Part shown: positions 22,755-34,470 of the stretch, piece after piece
Layout of the letters: the number at the start of each line of letters is the position of its first letter
Numbering within the stretch: the stretch's first letter is position 1
NCBI GenBank assembly: GCA_038210415.1
Contig: JBBQWS010000006.1
Span: 28,650-92,649 of the forward strand
Source of the DNA: Actinomycetes bacterium
GTDB taxonomy: Bacteria; Actinomycetota; Actinomycetes; Prado026
Direction of reading: 5' to 3'
DNA length: 64,000 nt
The notes under the pieces: generated by a model
Told to the model about the DNA's origin: nothing
Seen by the model: only the letters and a program-made list of their open reading frames with translations
Database searches by the model: none
Made by a program: the position numbers and the translations under genes

Positions 22755-23087
22755 CTAGTGCGCAGCGTCGTACTTCGCGACGACGTCGGCCGAGAGGCGG
22801 CCGCGCTCGTTCACCTTGATGCCCTTGGACCGGGCCCAGGCGCGGACCTCGGCCGTGTGCCCAGCGCCGCCGCCGGCAGCTGCCTTGCGGGTGGCGCGAC
22901 GAGCGGGCCGCCCACCGCTGCGGCGAGCGGCACCCACGTACGTCGCGAAGGCGTCGCGGAGCTTGGCGGCGTTCTTCGCCGACAGGTCGATCTCGTAGCT
23001 CGTGCCGTCGACCGAGAAGGAGACCGTCTCGACCGCCGTTCCGCCATCGAGGTCGTCGACGAGTAGAACCTGAATCTTCTGAGCCAT
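22755..23087 (-). CDS. lsr2: Nucleoid-associated protein Lsr2
   Basis: MAQKIQVLLVDDLDGG..SFSVDGTSYEIDLS.. N-terminal dimerisation region and C-terminal ..RGRI.. AT-hook-like DNA-binding region. Notably AT-rich upstream region. Confidence 0.9.
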   Translation of the reverse strand: MAQKIQVLLVDDLDGGTAVETVSFSVDGTSYEIDLSAKNAAKLRDAFATYVGAARRSGGRPARRATRKAAAGGGAGHTAEVRAWARSKGIKVNERGRLSADVVAKYDAAH

Positions 23088-23191
23088 TGTTTCTCCTGAC
23101 TGAGTGCGCACCGACTGCGCTGTCTGTGGATGCGTCCATCCCCTAGGACCGCATGCAAACAATAGCCCAGAACAGCGGTCTCGTAACAACG

Positions 23192-23725
23192 TCAGAGCGT
23201 TCGCAGCATTCGGGTATTCCCGAGGGTGTTCGGCTTCACCCGTTCGAGCTCGAGGAATTCTGCGACGCCTTCGTCGTACGACTGCAACAGCTGTTCGAAG
23301 ACTTCGTGCGTCACGGGTGAGCCTTCGATCTCGACGAATCCGTTGCGCGCGAAGAACTCGGTCTCAAACGTCAGGCAGAACACCCGGGTGACACCGACCT
23401 CGCGAGCCTGCTCGAGCAGCTGGGTCAGCACCAGCCGGCCGATCCCGTGGCCACGAAGGTGCGGGGCCACGGCGACGGTCCGGACCTCAGCGAGGTCCTC
23501 CCACAGCACGTGCACCGCTCCACAACCGACGACCTCACCGGCCAGCTCTGCGACGAAGAACTCCTGGACGTCCTCGTACAAGGTGACGGTCGCCTTGGAG
23601 AGCAGTCGGCGATCGTCAGCGTACGCGTCGACGAAGGAACGAATAGCGCGGACGTCCGAAGTGCGGGCGCGGCGCACGAGGGTTTCTCCGGAACGCTCCG
23701 GCCCCGAAGGCTGATCGACGGTCAC
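23192..23725 (-). CDS. GNAT-family N-acetyltransferase (amino-acid N-acetyltransferase-like)
   Basis: Acetyl-CoA-binding motif ..[17 protein letters not shown]... The GTG start overlaps the lysS TGA (GTGA). Confidence 0.7.
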   Translation of the reverse strand: MTVDQPSGPERSGETLVRRARTSDVRAIRSFVDAYADDRRLLSKATVTLYEDVQEFFVAELAGEVVGCGAVHVLWEDLAEVRTVAVAPHLRGHGIGRLVLTQLLEQAREVGVTRVFCLTFETEFFARNGFVEIEGSPVTHEVFEQLLQSYDEGVAEFLELERVKPNTLGNTRMLRTL

Positions 23726-25230
23726 TGCTGTGGTTTCACCAGCGGGAACAGGATCGTCTCGCGAATACCAAGACCGGTGAGAGCCATCAACAGGCGGTCG
23801 ATCCCCATGCCCATCCCGCCGGTCGGAGGCATTCCGAACTCGAGCGCGCGCAGAAAGTCCTCGTCGAGCCGCATCGCCTCGACGTCGCCGCCCTCGCCGA
23901 GCAGCGCCTGCGCGACCAGCCGTTCGCGCTGGACCACCGGGTCGACGAGCTCCGAGTACCCAGTTGCGAGCTCGAATCCGTCGACGTACAGATCCCACTT
24001 CTCGACGATGCCAGGCTTGTCCGGGTGCTCACGCACGAGCGGGGAGGTGTCGACGGGGAAGTCCCGCACGAAGGTGGGCCCGGTGAAGGTCGGTGCCACG
24101 TGGTGCTCGAACAGCTCTTCGACCCACTTGCCGTGGATCGCCTTCGTGTCGACGGCGAGACCCGCGTCGGCGGCGAGCCCGGCGAGGACGTCGATCGGCG
24201 TGCGGGGGCTGATCTCGGCGCTCAGCGCCTCGGAGAGGGCGTCGAACATCGACACCTGGGACCACGGGCCGGACAGGTCGTGCTCGGACCCGTCGCGGTG
24301 GGTCACGACGAGCGAGCCACCCGTCGCGAGGGCCGCCTCCTGGACGATTTCGCGGGTCAAGGTGGCGATGGTGTCGTAGTTGCCGTAGGCCTCGTAGGCC
24401 TCGAGCATCGCGAACTCCGGGCTGTGCGAGGAGTCGGCCCCCTCGTTGCGGAAGTTGCGGTTGATCTCGAAGACCTTCTCCAGGCCCCCGACGACGCACC
24501 GCTTGAGGAACAGCTCCGGGGCGATGCGCAAGTAGAGCTCGAGGTCGTACGCGTTGATGTGCGTGACGAACGGGCGGGCCGTCGCGCCGCCGTGCAGCGT
24601 CTGCAGCATCGGCGTCTCGACCTCCATGAAGCCGCGCCGGTCGAGCGAGTCGCGCAAGGACTTCACGGTGCGGCTGCGGATGACGGCGTTCTCGCGGGCC
24701 TCGGGCCGGACGATCAGGTCGACGTAGCGCTGCCGAACGCGCAGCTCCTCCGACAGCGGCTTGTGGGCGACCGGCAGCGGGCGCAGCGTCTTGGCAGTGA
24801 TCGCCCAGCTGTCGACGAGCACCGAGAGCTCGCCCCGCCGGGACGAGATGACCTCACCGACGACTCCGACGTGGTCGCCAAGATCGACCCGCGCCTTCCA
24901 GTCGGCCAAGGACTGCGGCCCCACCTTGTCGAGCGAGAGCATCGCCTGCAGCTCGACGCCGGCCCCGTCGCGCAGGGCGGCGAAGCAGAGCTTGCCGCCG
25001 TTGCGGATGAACTGGACCCGGCCGGTCACGGCCACTGTGTCGCCGGTCGCGGAGTCGATGGCGAGGTCGAGGTACGCCCCGCGCACGTCGGCCAGAGTGT
25101 GCGTGCGGGCGAACCCGCGGGCGTACGGCGGGATCCCGGCGTCGACCAGAGCCTGCCGCTTGTCGCGCCGGACCCTCAGCTGCTCCGGCAGGTCGTCGGC
25201 GGCATCAAGGCTCTCGGGCTCGGCGGTCAT
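23722..25230 (-). CDS. lysS: Lysine--tRNA ligase (class II)
   Basis: OB-fold N-domain, class II motifs ..FRNEG.. and ..[12 protein letters not shown]... Confidence 0.95.
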   Translation of the reverse strand: MTAEPESLDAADDLPEQLRVRRDKRQALVDAGIPPYARGFARTHTLADVRGAYLDLAIDSATGDTVAVTGRVQFIRNGGKLCFAALRDGAGVELQAMLSLDKVGPQSLADWKARVDLGDHVGVVGEVISSRRGELSVLVDSWAITAKTLRPLPVAHKPLSEELRVRQRYVDLIVRPEARENAVIRSRTVKSLRDSLDRRGFMEVETPMLQTLHGGATARPFVTHINAYDLELYLRIAPELFLKRCVVGGLEKVFEINRNFRNEGADSSHSPEFAMLEAYEAYGNYDTIATLTREIVQEAALATGGSLVVTHRDGSEHDLSGPWSQVSMFDALSEALSAEISPRTPIDVLAGLAADAGLAVDTKAIHGKWVEELFEHHVAPTFTGPTFVRDFPVDTSPLVREHPDKPGIVEKWDLYVDGFELATGYSELVDPVVQRERLVAQALLGEGGDVEAMRLDEDFLRALEFGMPPTGGMGMGIDRLLMALTGLGIRETILFPLVKPQQ

Positions 25231-25251
25231 GGGCCCAAGGGTAGTGGCGGG

Positions 25252-26006
<755 letters not shown>

Positions 26007-26007
<1 letters not shown>

Positions 26008-26927
26008 CAGCGGTCCCCCGCCAGCGGTCGGAGGTCGAGCGCGATGTCGAGCACGGGGGCCGAGTGGGTCAACGCACCGACGGCGATGAAGTCGACTCCC
26101 GTCTCTGCGACGACCCGGGCGGTGTCGAGGGTGAGGCCACCGCTGGCCTCGAGCCGAGCCCGTCCGGCGGTCAGCTCGACCGCCTCGCGCATAGTCCCGA
26201 CGGCCATGTTGTCGAGCAGCACGAGGTCGGCCCCGACCGCGAGCACCGCGCGAAGCTCGTCGAGCGAGTCGACCTCGACCTCGACCGGGAGACCCGGCCA
26301 CATCGACCGCACCGCCTCGAACGCCTCGGCGACGCCACCAGCCGCGACGACATGGTTGTCCTTCACCAGGGCCACGTCGGACAGCGACATGCGGTGATTG
26401 ACGCCGCCGCCGCACCGCACGGCGTACTTCTCCAGAGCCCGTAGGCCCGGAGTGGTCTTCCGGGTGTCGCGGACTGCGGCGTGGGTGCCCGCAACTGCGT
26501 CGACCCAACGCCGGGTCAACGTGGCAACTCCGGACAGGTGGCACAGCAAGTTGAGAGCGGTGCGCTCGCCGGTCAGCAGGTCGCGGGTGCGTCCGGTGAC
26601 GGTGAGCAGCACGTCTCCGGCGTGGACGCGATCACCGTCGGACGCTGCAGGCAGGAAGGAGCAGTCGCCCCCGGTGACCAGCTCGAGGACCGCCTCGGCG
26701 ACCGCCAGGCCGGCGACGACGCCGTCGGTCCGGGCCACGAAGTCGCCCGTCGACACCTGGTCCAGGGGCACGGTCGCCGTGGACGTCACGTCGACGCCGC
26801 CGGCGAGATCTTCGGCCACGGTCGCGGCCACCAGGTCGCCGACGGCGGCGGGATCGAGGCCGGTCGCCAAGAGGCGGGCGGCGAGCGACGGGCTGACCGC
26901 ACGAGCGGCGGGCCGGGTCGGGGTCAC
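26007..26927 (-). CDS. nadC: Nicotinate-nucleotide pyrophosphorylase (carboxylating), quinolinate phosphoribosyltransferase
   Basis: ..RTALNLLCHLSGVAT.., ..LLDNM.. QPRTase patterns. The GTG start overlaps the nadB TGA (GTGA). Confidence 0.85.
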
Positions 26928-28600
26928 GCGTTCTCCTCTGCGGGGACGAGCTCGGGCTGGGGCACCTTCAACGGGTCGTAGGTCAGCTCGACGGCGCCGC
27001 CGACGAGGGTACCGACGAGGTGCCCGCCCCAACGCTCGTCATCCCGCTCGGGGTAGTCCTCGCGCCAGTGGCTGCCCCGCGTCTCCTGACGCTCACGGGC
27101 GGCCGTGGCGACGAAGGACGCGATGGTGTGCAGGTTCGTCGCCTCCCACGCGGCGGTGCTCGGCTCCTCCGTCGTGAGCAGCCGCAGCTCGACGAGCCGG
27201 CCGAGCGTGCGGCCCAGGCTCTGGCGACTGCGCAGGACACCGGCGCCTCCGGCCATCGTGTTCGCGACGTGCTCCCGGATCGACGCGTCGTAGAGCAGGG
27301 TCGGACGCGAGTCCGGCGCCGGGTCACGACGTGGCGGCAGCTGCTCGGCGAGGTCGGCGGCGATGCGCTCGGCGAAGACGAGCCCCTCGAGCAGCGAGTT
27401 CGATGCCAACCGGTTGGCGCCGTGCACGCCGGTGCAGGCGCACTCGCCGCAGGCGTACAGGCCCGGGACGTTGGTGCGGCCGCGCGTGTCCGTGCGGACG
27501 CCGCCGCTGGCGTAGTGAGCGGCTGGGGCGACGGGGATCAGGTCGGTGCGCGGGTCGACGCCGTGCGCGAGGCAGGACTCCAAGATCGTGGGGAACCGGT
27601 GCTCCCACATCGTGGACCCGAGGTGGCGGCCGTCGAGCCAGACGTGCGGCGCCCCCGTCTCGCGCGTCCGGCGCATGATCGCCTTGGCCACAACGTCGCG
27701 GGGCGCCAGGTCGGCCAGCGGGTGCTCCCCGACCATGAACCGGTCGCCCGCGTCGTCGACTAGGAAGGCGCCCTCGCCCCGGACCGCCTCGGAGACGAGC
27801 GGCTGCTGACCTCTGGCACCGGGTCCGACCCACAGCACGGTCGGGTGGAACTGCACGAACTCCATGTCGGAGACCGCGGCACCAGCCCGCAGCGCGAGCG
27901 CCACCCCGTCGCCCGTGGACACGACCGGGTTCGTGGTCTGCGAGAAGACCTGCCCGAAGCCCCCGGTGGCCAGGACGACGACGCGGCCCAAGGCGGCACC
28001 TACTCCCTCCTCACTTCCTTCGCCCATCACGTGCAGGGTCACCCCCGCGGTATTGCCGGCCGGGTCGAGCAGCAGGTCGAGCACGAGCGCGTTCTCGATC
28101 ACCTCGATCGCCGGGTCCACGCCGACCGCCGCGGCCAGCGCCCGCGAGACCTCCGCACCGGTGGCATCGCCGCCCGCGTGGGCGATCCGGTTCCGCAGGT
28201 GGCCGCCTTCGCGGGTCAACGAGAGCTCGCCGTCCGCGTCGTGGTCGAAGCCTGCCCCGCGAGCGATCAGCCGGCGGACCGCATGGGGGCCGTCCGTGAC
28301 GAGGATCCGGACGGCTTCGACGTCGCACAGCCCGACGCCAGCGACCAGGGTGTCGCCGAGGTGCTGGTCCGGGCTGTCGCCTTCACCCAGCGCGGCCGCG
28401 ATACCGCCCTGCGCCCATCGCGTGGACCCGGCCTCGAGCTGGGCCTTGGTGACGAGCAGGACGCTGTGTCCGGCCGCCCTCGCGTCCAGCGCCACCGTCA
28501 GCCCGGCGATACCGCTGCCGACCACGATCACGTCTGCGGACGCCGTCCAGCCCGGCTCGGGAGCCCTCAGCCGTGCGGGCAGCGGAAGCCTGAGGGTCAC
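26924..28600 (-). CDS. nadB: L-aspartate oxidase
   Basis: FAD motif ADVIVVGSGIAGL.., ..RWAQGGIAAA.., ..GLYACGECACTGVHGANRLASNSLLE... The GTG start overlaps the panC TGA (GTGA). Confidence 0.9.
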   Translation of the reverse strand: MTLRLPLPARLRAPEPGWTASADVIVVGSGIAGLTVALDARAAGHSVLLVTKAQLEAGSTRWAQGGIAAALGEGDSPDQHLGDTLVAGVGLCDVEAVRILVTDGPHAVRRLIARGAGFDHDADGELSLTREGGHLRNRIAHAGGDATGAEVSRALAAAVGVDPAIEVIENALVLDLLLDPAGNTAGVTLHVMGEGSEEGVGAALGRVVVLATGGFGQVFSQTTNPVVSTGDGVALALRAGAAVSDMEFVQFHPTVLWVGPGARGQQPLVSEAVRGEGAFLVDDAGDRFMVGEHPLADLAPRDVVAKAIMRRTRETGAPHVWLDGRHLGSTMWEHRFPTILESCLAHGVDPRTDLIPVAPAAHYASGGVRTDTRGRTNVPGLYACGECACTGVHGANRLASNSLLEGLVFAERIAADLAEQLPPRRDPAPDSRPTLLYDASIREHVANTMAGGAGVLRSRQSLGRTLGRLVELRLLTTEEPSTAAWEATNLHTIASFVATAARERQETRGSHWREDYPERDDERWGGHLVGTLVGGAVELTYDPLKVPQPELVPAEENA

Positions 28601-29502
28601 GTGCGTTCTCCTTCGGCCAGGCGGACAGCGGGTCGGACGTCGGGCAGCGAGACGATCGCGGTGTCGATCAACCGGGTGCCCCCGACCCGTGCTGCGACAA
28701 GGATGCGAGCGAGCCCGGTGGCCGACAGGTCCCGGCCAGGGCCGAGGGGCTCGAAGGTAGCGGGGTCGACGAGCACGCAGTAGTCGACAGCGAGATCCGG
28801 CTCCGCGTCGAGGACGGCTCGGGCTGCGGCGACCGTGGCCAGGCTGCCGCTCTGCGCCGATTCTTCTGCCGCGGCCAGGGCCCGGGAGAGCGCGAGCGCG
28901 TGGCGGGCGCCGTCCGAGTCCAGGTAGGTATTGCGGCTCGACAGCGCGAGTCCGTCGGGAGTGCGCACCGTCGGAGCCGCTTCGATGCGTACGGGCAGGT
29001 CGAGGTCGGCGACCATGCGCCGGACCAGGGCGAGCTGTTGCGCGTCTTTCTCGCCGAACACCGCGACGTCGGGGCGGACGATGCCGAACAGCTTGGCGAC
29101 GACGGTGAGCACACCGTCGTAGTGACCCGGTCGGATCGCCCCCTCGAGGACGTCGCCCAGCGGGCCGGCGTCGACAGTGACGGACGGGTGGCCCATCGGG
29201 TACATCACGTCGACGCCCGGCGCGAACACGACTGCCACACCCTCGGCCGCACAGGCCACGAGGTCGTCGTGCATCGTCCGCGGGTAGCGGGAGAGGTCGT
29301 CGCCGGGACCGAACTGCAACGGATTGACGAAGATGCTGACCACGACCGCGTCGGCGAGAGAGCGGGCGCGCGCCATGAGCGACCGGTGGCCGGCGTGCAG
29401 TGCGCCCATGGTCGGCACCAGGGCCACTGTGCCCGCGTCGTGCAGCGGGTCGAGTGCCGCCCGGAGCTCCTCGCGCGAGCGAGCCACCACGAGGTCCGTC
29501 AT
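28597..29502 (-). CDS. panC: Pantoate--beta-alanine ligase
   Basis: ..LVPTMGALHAGHRSL.., ..FGEKDAQQL.. HIGH-like and KMSKS-like motifs of PanC. The ATG overlaps the upstream gene's stop (ATGA). Confidence 0.9.
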   Translation of the reverse strand: MTDLVVARSREELRAALDPLHDAGTVALVPTMGALHAGHRSLMARARSLADAVVVSIFVNPLQFGPGDDLSRYPRTMHDDLVACAAEGVAVVFAPGVDVMYPMGHPSVTVDAGPLGDVLEGAIRPGHYDGVLTVVAKLFGIVRPDVAVFGEKDAQQLALVRRMVADLDLPVRIEAAPTVRTPDGLALSSRNTYLDSDGARHALALSRALAAAEESAQSGSLATVAAARAVLDAEPDLAVDYCVLVDPATFEPLGPGRDLSATGLARILVAARVGGTRLIDTAIVSLPDVRPAVRLAEGERT

Positions 29503-30422
29503 GCGGTTCCACCGGCGAGGGCCTCGAGCAGGGCCTCGGCGTCGGCCGGGTGCAGGCGCCGGTTCACCAGCGCCCGGTCAGCGGTGGCCCGGGCCAGCGC
29601 GCGGTACGTCGCGAGGATCTCGGGAGCGACCGCGCCGATCGCGGCGACGTGCTCGGCGACCGTCCCGGCGTCACCGCGGACGACCGGTCCGGTGGTAGCC
29701 GCGTCCCCTGAGCGCAACGCGTTGTCGAGCGAGGCCCCCAGCAGCGGCGCCAGCAACCTGGCCGGGTCGGCGACCCCGGCCGCGGCAAGCAGGTCCATCG
29801 CCTGGGCGACCAGCGTCACCAGGTGATTCGAGCCGTGCGCGAGTGCGGCGTGGTAGAGCGGGCGGGCCTCCTCCTCGATCCACACCGGCTCGCCGCCCAT
29901 CTCGATCACCAGAGCCTCGGCGACGGGACGCAGCGGCGCGGGCGCAGTCACGCCGAACGGGCATCCCGTGAGCCGACCGAGGTCGAGCGAGGTGCCGGTG
30001 AAGGTCATCGCCGGGTGGAGCGCCAGCGGCAGCGCACCGACCCGCACGGCAGGCGCCAGCACCGCAGTGCCGTACCGGCCCGAGGCGTGGACGAGCAGCT
30101 GCCCCGGCCGGATCGCGTGTACGGCCGTGAGGCCCGCCACGAGGCCGGCGAGCGCGTCGTCGGGGACGGTGAGCAGGACCAGGTCGGCTTGCTCGAGCAC
30201 TTCCTGGGGCGTCATGAGCGGCACGCCCGGCAGCATGATCTCGGCGCGGGTGCGCGAGAGCTCGGAGACCCCCGAGGCGGCGACGACGGTGTGCCCGGCG
30301 GCGGCGAGAGCGGAGCCGAGGATGGCGCCGACCCGCCCGGTGCCGACCACGCCGACGGCGAGCCGGCCTGGTCGTTCGCTCGGCGGCGCCGCGGGGAGCC
30401 GCTCGGCTTCGTGCTCGCTCAT
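29499..30422 (-). CDS. Rossmann-fold oxidoreductase-like protein (DUF2520-like; conserved upstream of panC in actinobacteria)
   Basis: GVVGTGRVGAILGSALAAAGHTV dinucleotide-binding motif. The start is taken at MSEHEAER. Confidence 0.55.
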   Translation of the reverse strand: MSEHEAERLPAAPPSERPGRLAVGVVGTGRVGAILGSALAAAGHTVVAASGVSELSRTRAEIMLPGVPLMTPQEVLEQADLVLLTVPDDALAGLVAGLTAVHAIRPGQLLVHASGRYGTAVLAPAVRVGALPLALHPAMTFTGTSLDLGRLTGCPFGVTAPAPLRPVAEALVIEMGGEPVWIEEEARPLYHAALAHGSNHLVTLVAQAMDLLAAAGVADPARLLAPLLGASLDNALRSGDAATTGPVVRGDAGTVAEHVAAIGAVAPEILATYRALARATADRALVNRRLHPADAEALLEALAGGTA

Positions 30423-30504
30423 CGGTTGCGTCCTGACGTCGTTCCAGTCCACCGGGGTACCGGACGGTGCACCTCCAGCCTACGGCGCGAGTACGTTCGC
30501 AGTT

Positions 30505-31596
30505 GTGTCACGTCGTCCGATCCCGCGCCAGCCGGGGCACCCGGCCGGTCGACGCCTCGCACGCTCACGGGCCCGGACCTGGCGCGAGGCGACCGAGCAG
30601 GCGTTGTACGGACCCGGAGGGTTCTTCCACCGACCCGAAGGCCCGGCGGGGCACTTCCGGACCTCGGTCCACGCTTCGCCGCTGTTCGCTCGGGCGGTGC
30701 TCACCCTCCTCGAGGTGGTCGACGCCGAGCTGGGCCGCCCGCCGCGGCTGGACCTCGTCGATGTGGGGGCCGGTCGCGGCGAGCTGCTGCGCCAGGTCGG
30801 GGAGCTGCTCGAGAGCAGCTCAGAGGTTGGGACCCTCGGCGGTCGGCTGCGGCTGCACGGGGTGGAGCGGGCTTACCGTCCGGACGGGCTGCCGGACACC
30901 GTCGCTTGGGGGGCCGACCTGCCCGAGGACGTGGTCGGCCTGGTCGTCGCGAACGAGTGGCTCGACAACGTGCCGGTCGACGTGGCCGAGCTCGGTGCCG
31001 AAGGCCTGCACCAGGTCCTGGTCGATCCTTCGACGGGAGAAGAGGCCCCGGGCGGGCCGATCGGCCTGCGGGACGCGTCGTGGCTGAACCTCTGGTGGCC
31101 GCTGGGCGGAGCCGAGAACGGCTCGCGGGCCGAGGTCGGCTACCCGCGAGATCGCGCCTGGGCCACGGTCATCGAGGCGATGGACCGGGGGCTGGCGGTC
31201 GCGGTCGACTACGGCCACCTGCGGCCCGACCGAGTCTCCGGCTCGTACGCCGCAGGCACGATCACCGGGTACCGCGACGGCCGGGCCGTGCCGCCCGTCC
31301 CCGACGGATCCTGTGACCTCACCAGTCACGTGGCCATGGATGCGTGCGCTGAAGCCGGAGCGCAGGCTGGGGCCGACAGCACGGCGCTGCTGCGTCAACG
31401 GGACGCGCTGCTCGCCCTCGGCGTCTCGCCGGTTCTCCCGGATGTCGCTCTGGCGCGCACGGATCCGCCTGCGTACGCCCGCGCGCTCTCGGCGTCATCC
31501 CAGGCCAGCGAGCTGCTCGACCCGGGCGAGCTGGGTGGATTCTGGTGGCTCGTTCAAGGAGTCCGGCTCGCTGTGCCGCAACCGCTACGGCGCTGA
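30505..31596 (+). CDS. SAM-dependent methyltransferase, MidA/NDUFAF7-like (DUF185)
   Basis: ..ALYGPGGFF.. N-terminal signature and ..LDLVDVGAGRGEL.. SAM motif. GTG start. Confidence 0.55.
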   Translation: MSRRPIPRQPGHPAGRRLARSRARTWREATEQALYGPGGFFHRPEGPAGHFRTSVHASPLFARAVLTLLEVVDAELGRPPRLDLVDVGAGRGELLRQVGELLESSSEVGTLGGRLRLHGVERAYRPDGLPDTVAWGADLPEDVVGLVVANEWLDNVPVDVAELGAEGLHQVLVDPSTGEEAPGGPIGLRDASWLNLWWPLGGAENGSRAEVGYPRDRAWATVIEAMDRGLAVAVDYGHLRPDRVSGSYAAGTITGYRDGRAVPPVPDGSCDLTSHVAMDACAEAGAQAGADSTALLRQRDALLALGVSPVLPDVALARTDPPAYARALSASSQASELLDPGELGGFWWLVQGVRLAVPQPLRR

Positions 31597-33381
31597 CCGC
31601 TTCTTCTTCGGCGCCTTGCGGCGCGGCTTCGCCTCGTCGCCGTTGGGGTCCTGCTCGTCGGTCGCCTCCACCGCGATCCGCTCCTCGTCCGGGCCGAACA
31701 CCGGCTCGTCGTCCAAGGGGTGCTCCGCCTTCAGCCCCGTCACGATGCGTCCCTCGCGTACTCCTTGCGAGATCGAGTGCCACTCATGCCCCGGGCCCAG
31801 CTCGGCCAGGAACCCCGACCGCTGCAGCACCGTCCGAACCGGCTTGAAGACCCGGACCAGCTCGAGGTCGAGGTCGCGCGCGCGCAACCGGTGGAGCAGG
31901 TCGAGCAGCATGTCGGCACTGGTCGTGTCGAACTGGTTGCTCGACTCGAGGTCGAGCACCACGACGCGGATGTCGGGGTACCGGTCGACCTGTGCGAGCA
32001 CCGCCGACCGGACGAGGGAGGCATTGACCCAGAACACCGGCCCGTTGACCCTGAGGACCAAGACGCCCTGCACGTGCTTGCGTTCGGGGTGTCGGGCCGT
32101 GCTGCCCCACGCGGCCTTCTCGCCGGCCACCTTGCCCATCGCGTCGACGCCCACCCGGCTCGACCGGTAGACCAGGCCCGCGACGGACTGCACGATCGCA
32201 GCGAGCAGCCCGTACAGCACACCGAACACGAGGACCCCGACCAGCGCCGCAACCGCGCCCACGAAGTCGTTGCGGCGGATCCGGGCGTACCGCCGGATGG
32301 ACGCGACGTCCATGAGCGACCAGACGGCATGGACGACGATCGCCGACAGCACCGCCCGCGGCAGCGGAGCGAGTTGTCCCCCGATCGAGACCAGGGCCAG
32401 CGCCGTCACCGCCGCGGTGACGAGGCCGGTCAGCTGCGTGTGGGCGCCGGCGCGCGCAGCAGCTGCGGTCTTGGACAGGCTGCCGGCCACCGCGAGCCCG
32501 CCGGAGAGGGCCGCTGCGACGTTCGACGCGCCGGTCGCGAACAGCTCCCGGTCCGCGTCGACGGAGTACCCGCCCCGACTTGCGAACAACCGGGCGGCGC
32601 TCATGCCCTCGGCGACTGCGACGAGGGCCAGCGACCCGCCGCCCACCAGCACCTCGATCCGGTCGGACGCAGTGACGGTGGGCAGCGCCAGGGGTGGAAG
32701 TCCGGTCGACACCGAGCCGACGATCGCCACCCCCTGACCGGCGAGGTCCAGCAGCCGCGATGCCACCACCCCACCGACCAGCACGAGCAGGCCCCACGGG
32801 ATGCGCGGCAGGAGCCGCTGTCCGCCGAAGAGCAGCACCAGGGCGACCGCCGAGACCGCGGCCGTCTGGAGACTGGCGCTACCGATGTGCCTACCGATCC
32901 CGAGGGCCCGGTCAGGGACCGTGCCGGGGACGGGTGAGAGCCCGAGCAGCGAAGGCAGCTCACCGAGGACGATCAGCACGGTGAGCCCGAAGACGAATCC
33001 CGTCACGATCGGCTTGGAGAGGAACTCCGCCAGCCAACCGAGTCGCAGCAGGCCGGCCGCCATGAGCAGGAGCCCGGCTGCCGCCGCATAGGCGGTCGTC
33101 AACGCCACAGCCTGAGCGGGCGAGTGCGCCTGGCTGGCGACCAGCGAGCCGGAGAGCACGGCGATCGTCGACACGGGACCGACCACGAGCTGGCGGGACG
33201 AACCGAACGCCGCGTACGCGACCAGCGCTAGGGGCACGGCGTACAGCCCGACCTGTACCGGGACCTTGGCGATCAGCGCGTAGCCGAGCGCCTGCGGGAT
33301 CACCAGCGCGGCGACGACGACCCCGCCCATCAGGTCGCCCCTGAGCCAGTCGCGGCGGTAGTCCCTCACCCACCCGAACAT
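31585..33381 (-). CDS. SulP-family inorganic anion (sulfate) transporter with C-terminal STAS domain
   Basis: ..VVAALVIPQALGYALIA.. SulP signature region, 10+ TM segments and a STAS-like C-terminus. Confidence 0.9.
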   Translation of the reverse strand: MFGWVRDYRRDWLRGDLMGGVVVAALVIPQALGYALIAKVPVQVGLYAVPLALVAYAAFGSSRQLVVGPVSTIAVLSGSLVASQAHSPAQAVALTTAYAAAAGLLLMAAGLLRLGWLAEFLSKPIVTGFVFGLTVLIVLGELPSLLGLSPVPGTVPDRALGIGRHIGSASLQTAAVSAVALVLLFGGQRLLPRIPWGLLVLVGGVVASRLLDLAGQGVAIVGSVSTGLPPLALPTVTASDRIEVLVGGGSLALVAVAEGMSAARLFASRGGYSVDADRELFATGASNVAAALSGGLAVAGSLSKTAAAARAGAHTQLTGLVTAAVTALALVSIGGQLAPLPRAVLSAIVVHAVWSLMDVASIRRYARIRRNDFVGAVAALVGVLVFGVLYGLLAAIVQSVAGLVYRSSRVGVDAMGKVAGEKAAWGSTARHPERKHVQGVLVLRVNGPVFWVNASLVRSAVLAQVDRYPDIRVVVLDLESSNQFDTTSADMLLDLLHRLRARDLDLELVRVFKPVRTVLQRSGFLAELGPGHEWHSISQGVREGRIVTGLKAEHPLDDEPVFGPDEERIAVEATDEQDPNGDEAKPRRKAPKKKRSAP

Positions 33382-33383
33382 GG

Positions 33384-33671
33384 TCAGACCTCCACGGCGA
33401 GGCGGACGGTCACCGTGTCCCCCACGTCCAGGCCCTCTGCCTTCTGCACCAGAGCCTTCACCGGCACGAGGTATCCGCCGTCCTTCGGGAAGAGCGACGT
33501 GGTCCACTCGGTTCCCCCGATCCGCGCCGTCACCGGAACCATGCCCCAGCCGTAGGTCACGAGCGCGGACACCGCCTGAAGCTCTCCGGACTCGTGATCC
33601 GGAACGGTGACGAAGTGGAACGGGGACGGGCCTCTCCAGAACCACAGCTCGCCGCTGAACTCCAGGTTCAT
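33384..33671 (-). CDS. DUF1905 domain protein
   Basis: 95 aa, ..GELWFWRGPSPFHFVTVP.. characteristic of DUF1905. Confidence 0.6.
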   Translation of the reverse strand: MNLEFSGELWFWRGPSPFHFVTVPDHESGELQAVSALVTYGWGMVPVTARIGGTEWTTSLFPKDGGYLVPVKALVQKAEGLDVGDTVTVRLAVEV

Positions 33672-33696
33672 CCGGTCAGGATAGGAGCCAGGACCA

Positions 33697-33742
33697 CTGA
33701 TGCAGCGAACGGCGCCGGCCCGGTTCAGTCTCGCGCCAGGCC
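33697..33742. terminator. Perfect 14-bp inverted repeat GAACGGCGCCGGCC-(18 nt)-GGCCGGCGCCGTTC downstream of the secreted-protein gene
   Basis: Read directly. Lies between the stop of the gene at 33787 and the start of the DUF1905 gene. Confidence 0.5.
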
Positions 33743-33786
33743 GGCGCCGTTCTGATTGAGCGGTTCGTCGGGTCGAGCCATTCGGC

Positions 33787-34470
33787 CTAGTGGTTGGCGT
33801 GAACGCCGTTCCACTGGACGGTCAGCTTGCGGCCGTTGGACGCGGTGCGGACCTCGACGCGGTGGGCCTGGGCCGATGCCGAGCCCGGGTCGCGGACGTG
33901 GGCCGGCACGTTCGCGACATCCTGGCCCTTGGCACCGTGGCCCTTGGGGCCATGGCCCTTGGAGCCGTTGGCGTTGGAGCCGCTGGTCACGGCCTTCGTC
34001 CTGTCCGCGCCCCGGTGTCCGGCCTGGCCGGCCATCAGGTCGCGGAGCTCGTCACGGTCGGCCCAGAGCAGCTTTCCCCCGGCGGCCACGTACGCCTTGA
34101 CCGCTGCGCGAAGGTCCGCCTCGGTCGTCGCCGCGGCGACCGCGGACTTTAGCGTGAGCAGAAGCGTCGCCTTCGCGGCGAGCTTGGTGGTGAGGTCCGT
34201 CTTCTGCTGCGCGGTCAGGACCGTGCTGGCGGTGACGAGGGCCTCGGCCTTGAGGATCCGGGCCAGCCGGCGGCCGATCCGCTCGGTGATCTGGGCCTGG
34301 ACCTCGGCCACGGTCGCCCGGTGCTGCTTGGCGTGCTCGGTCGCCGTCGACTTCATGGCTTTCACCGGAGCCGAGCCGTTCGCGAACGCCGGGCCGGTGA
34401 GACCGAAGGCAAGCATCGCCGCACCGGTGGCGGCCGTGGCCGCGGTGACCTTTTTGGCATTGCTGAGCAT
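33787..34470 (-). CDS. Secreted protein of unknown function (signal peptide, helical Ala/Lys-rich body, C-terminal GHGPKGHGAKG repeat)
   Basis: Start at MLSNAKKVTAATAATGAAMLAFGLTGPAFA, a signal peptide. Confidence 0.5.
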   Translation of the reverse strand: MLSNAKKVTAATAATGAAMLAFGLTGPAFANGSAPVKAMKSTATEHAKQHRATVAEVQAQITERIGRRLARILKAEALVTASTVLTAQQKTDLTTKLAAKATLLLTLKSAVAAATTEADLRAAVKAYVAAGGKLLWADRDELRDLMAGQAGHRGADRTKAVTSGSNANGSKGHGPKGHGAKGQDVANVPAHVRDPGSASAQAHRVEVRTASNGRKLTVQWNGVHANH